From Nitrospirota bacterium (lineage in GTDB: Bacteria; Nitrospirota; UBA9217), in assembly GCA_035516155.1 (NCBI GenBank), contig DATJAP010000024.1, positions 30,992 to 94,991 of the forward strand: DNA of 64,000 nt, written 5' to 3'. Position numbers and translations under genes: made by a program. This document shows positions 61,103 to 64,000 of this stretch, piece by piece (within the stretch, counting starts at the first letter, position 1; every line of letters begins with the position of its first letter). Below the pieces are notes generated by a model. The model saw only the letters and a list, made by a program, of their open reading frames with translations. It was not told the DNA's origin and made no database searches.

Positions 61103-62030
61103 CGATTGTGTAAGGCAGGTTGGAGGATTAAATGAGCAAAATGTCTTCCCGCAGTCTACACCATAAAACCAAGAGTGAACGTTTCACAGAGGAATTAGGA
61201 AGCATGATCCAGTGCTTACAGTAAAATGAGATAAAAAATAATATCCCCTGGTTTTATGTTTGCACAGTCGTTCATCGATCAGGTTTTTACTGCGATTGCC
61301 TCGAACATGCCTTCTGGCTCTCTTGCCTGTCTGCGTGATCAATTGACCGAGACATCTGAATTCATATTTAGTCCATGTCCCCTCGAAGATTCTAACATGC
61401 TTTCGAACCTGTTGCGGAGTCAATAGCACCGCAACTGATAGTCACATATATATTGTTACGGCCATACCGAGCGAGACGATCGGCTGCCCTCTATTCTTGC
61501 GATATTTCAATAATCGGCTATAATGAGCGAGTGATACTTCTTAAAGGTGTTGTTCTGTACTATCCAAACCAGCAACTTTTTTATATAGAAGCAAGCAAGG
61601 GAGAAATACACAGCTTATGTTTCTGCTGGTAGTCTTGATTTTATGATATATTGATCAAGTGCATGGGGTATTACAGCAGAAGTCACGAGTTCGGGATATT
61701 GGGATTGTCGTTATGCCTATTATCTTGATACCTGTGTCAGCTGGCATACCGCAGCAATTGTCAATCAGCGTCGTTACACGATAGTTGGCGATGATAGGGT
61801 CTCCAGAGCTGATGAAGAAGCGGCGTATGCGGAGTGAAGTATGCAAACAAAAATTCTGCATTCTATGAGTTGTTATCGTATAAAAGATACCAGAGAAGGG
61901 CAATAAAACTTTTTTTCTTGGGTCCTAGCACACAGGTTGATGAACAAAATCGGTTTTTATCTCCCAGTCGAAAGATGGGTATGAATACTTCCTCGATGTA
62001 GTATCCCGCAAGGTCTAAAATATATATGCC

Positions 62031-63266
62031 ATGACCTCCTCTTTCGATTCAAATGAAGCGCAAGCGATCCTGCGGCACCGTCCATTCGTTCTATTCTGGT
62101 TTGCCCGGGTGGCGACCATGGTCGCCTTCCAGGTGCAGGCCGTTGCCGTGGGTTGGCAGATTTATGCGCTCACCGGTAGTGCGTTGTATCTCGGCCTTGT
62201 CGGGCTTGCGCAATTCCTGCCTATGTTTCTGCTGACGCTCGTCGTGGGCCACATTGCAGACCGTTACGACCGTCGGACCATTGCACGGCTTTGTCAAATC
62301 GTTGAAGGCCTGGCCGCCTTTGCGCTGGCATGGGGGAGCGCCGCCGGCTGGCAGAGCAAGGAGACCATCCTCGTCATCATGTTCATCGTCGGGGCTGTAC
62401 ACGCCTTCGAAGGGCCGACCATGCAGTCGCTCCTGCCCGGCCTGGTCACAGGCGAACTCCTTCCGCGAGCTCTTGCCTGGTCCGCTTCGGCAATGCAGAC
62501 CGCAACCATCGTCGGGCCGGCGCTCGGCGGCCTTTTGTATACGGTGGGCCCAACCGAGGTCTATGCAGCCGCAGGAGTTTTGTTCCTAGCAGCAAGCGTA
62601 CTGCTCGGCTTCCTCCGCTTGGTCCGTTCTCCCGCCATGCGCGAACCTGCGAGCATCAAATCGGTGTTCGCCGGCATCACCTTCATCCGCAGCCGTCCCG
62701 AGATACTGGGCGCTATATCCCTCGACCTCTTTGCCGTGCTTCTGGGCGGTGCTACGGCTCTCTTGCCGATTTATGCACGCGACATCCTGATGACCGGACC
62801 GTGGGGGCTGGGCCTCCTCCGTTCAGCGCCTGCAGTGGGTGCCCTTGCCATGTCCCTTTTCCTGGCGCGCCGTCCACTTACGCGTCGCGTGGGCAGGACC
62901 ATGTTCAATGCCGTGGCGATCTTCGGCGCCGCAACCATCGTGTTTGCACTTTCGACATCCTTCCTACTGTCCCTAACGGCCCTAGCCGTGCTCGGAGCTG
63001 CCGACGTGATCAGCGTCGTCATCAGGCACTCGCTGGTTCAGATCGAGACGCCTGATGAGATGCGGGGCCGAGTAAGTGCCGTCAACTCCTTATTCATCGG
63101 AACATCGAACCAACTGGGAGAGTTCGAGTCGGGGATCACCGCAGCCTGGTTCGGCACGGTTTTCGCTGTTCTGATCGGCGGCATCGGCACGATTATCGTC
63201 GTAGCACTTTGGATGCGAATTTTCCCGCAGCTGGTACAGACCGACACATTGGATCCGAAGCAATGA
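62031..63266 (+). CDS. MFS transporter
   Basis: 12 predicted TM segments, MFS_1 signature between TM2 and TM3. Confidence 0.85.
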   Translation: MTSSFDSNEAQAILRHRPFVLFWFARVATMVAFQVQAVAVGWQIYALTGSALYLGLVGLAQFLPMFLLTLVVGHIADRYDRRTIARLCQIVEGLAAFALAWGSAAGWQSKETILVIMFIVGAVHAFEGPTMQSLLPGLVTGELLPRALAWSASAMQTATIVGPALGGLLYTVGPTEVYAAAGVLFLAASVLLGFLRLVRSPAMREPASIKSVFAGITFIRSRPEILGAISLDLFAVLLGGATALLPIYARDILMTGPWGLGLLRSAPAVGALAMSLFLARRPLTRRVGRTMFNAVAIFGAATIVFALSTSFLLSLTALAVLGAADVISVVIRHSLVQIETPDEMRGRVSAVNSLFIGTSNQLGEFESGITAAWFGTVFAVLIGGIGTIIVVALWMRIFPQLVQTDTLDPKQ

Positions 63267-63596
63267 GGTAGAATGGAAAATGGGAAAGTGAAGTCAGGTA
63301 AAATATCAGAGACGAAGATGTCGGAATGAAAGGGATTACCACGGCAGGCTGCGACATACTTACTGAAGCCGACAAGAGAGGCTTTAGTAATATTTTTAAA
63401 AAGGGAAGAAAACGGTACAACTTTTCACTCTAAATCGTGTCAAATTATGTATAATGGGATTAAGTATAGATTATCAACTGATTCCAGCATGAGACGTCTG
63501 CGCAGATTGGGTCCATTTTTTTACTATGAAAGAAATTGACGAGAACCAGGTGCCTGCCAGTGACCCCACAGGAAATACGAGGAAGGAGCTGCGCCT

Positions 63597-64000
63597 GTGA
63601 AGAGGACCTTCATAAAGTGCTTTTTGCTTGCCTTTGTTGTGTGCATTCCAGCGCTCCTGTCTGTTCAGGCCTGGTCGGATGACCAGGACCTGACATACTC
63701 AATATCATTCACGAATGATGAGCTTGATAACCTCCTTGCGCCTATTGCCCTCTACCCGGACCCGCTTTTGGCCCAGATACTGCCGGCTTCGACATATCCG
63801 GAAGAGATTGCCGATGCAGCAGCGTGGCTAAACAGCGGCGGGGATGTGTCAGGTATTGATGAGCAGGACTGGGATGAGTCCGTCAAGGCAGTTGCCCACT
63901 ACCCGAGCATTCTTCAAATGATGGCCGAGAATATGGATTGGACCGCCGATCTGGGAGACGCCTTTCTCAACCAGCCGGAGGACGTGACAGGTTCGATACA
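63597..64000 (+). CDS. DUF3300 domain protein (partial, continues beyond window)
   Basis: signal peptide, LAPIALYPDPLLAQILPASTYPEEI and VAHYPSILQMM DUF3300 motifs; GTG start with GGAAGGAG SD; extended -10 promoter near 63446. Confidence 0.6.
   Translation, partial: MKRTFIKCFLLAFVVCIPALLSVQAWSDDQDLTYSISFTNDELDNLLAPIALYPDPLLAQILPASTYPEEIADAAAWLNSGGDVSGIDEQDWDESVKAVAHYPSILQMMAENMDWTADLGDAFLNQPEDVTGSI

Noticed and set aside
62330-63055. 241-codon Arg/Pro-rich + ORF inside the MFS gene
   Set aside because: Alternate frame of the MFS CDS; composition typical of frame-shifted GC-rich sequence.

Overview
This 64-kb chromosomal segment is almost entirely core metabolism and resembles a Desulfobacterota or syntrophic delta-proteobacterial genome. 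Coding GC is about 55-60%, and the window contains Rnf, System II cytochrome c biogenesis, a multihaem cytochrome and Fe-S ferredoxins. I found no CRISPR array, transposase, integrase or recognisable phage or defence island.

Left to right, the content is:
- DUF190 and crcB (fluoride channel) on the minus strand, then an Nfu-like Fe-S protein.
- A complete rnfCDGEAB operon whose RnfB is polyferredoxin-type.
- A solitary gcvH followed by lpd.
- A second Lpd-family paralog, a small ORF, htrA/degP, addA and addB, all on the minus strand.
- A consensus promoter driving ferredoxin, trxA and a TlpA-like lipoprotein.
- tRNA-Gly(CCC), then a heptahaem c-type cytochrome, followed by a partial direct repeat of the tRNA 3' half.
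- cobU-cobT-cobS-cobC.
- A TPP riboswitch with its terminator, then thiS-thiG-thiE-thiC, an M23 peptidase and thiD.
- rph, an apparently split rhodanese, an IclR regulator and a LarE-like PP-loop ATPase.
- purD, nif3, purE, DUF89, a TsaC/YrdC-like gene and PIN-PhoH (phoH2).
- A VKOR-thioredoxin fusion, an NfnA/PyrK-like flavoprotein, resB and ccsA.
- A 1004-aa DUF748 protein with an OmpA-like C-terminus, a REC-PilZ protein and an orphan Liv-type substrate-binding protein.
- Flavodoxin and an aldo-keto reductase on the minus strand, divergent from an AraC regulator.
- A lower-GC block from about 56.5 to 62 kb: O-methyltransferase, a glycoside-hydrolase-like protein, a small secreted His/Met-rich protein and a secreted isochorismatase-like hydrolase.
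- An MFS transporter and the start of a DUF3300 gene at the window edge.

The most unusual observations are these:
- The tRNA-Gly and its imperfect 3'-half repeat bracket a 1.7-kb segment that carries only the heptahaem cytochrome.
- The cob operon leader has no recognisable B12 riboswitch; instead it reads promoter, tRNA-like fragment, terminator, cobU.
- A G7 homopolymer gives ThiS a 13-codon tail after its GG terminus.
- The rhodanese is split at a TAATG stop-start overlap.
- A redox module (VKOR-Trx fusion and flavoprotein) sits directly in front of resB-ccsA.
- Long AT-rich gene-free tracts lie in front of the DUF748 gene, the substrate-binding protein gene and the MFS gene.
- A 776-bp gene-free spacer separates the two convergent lpd paralogs.

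None of these amounts to a clearly novel multi-gene system. Each is offered as a candidate with a way to test it.
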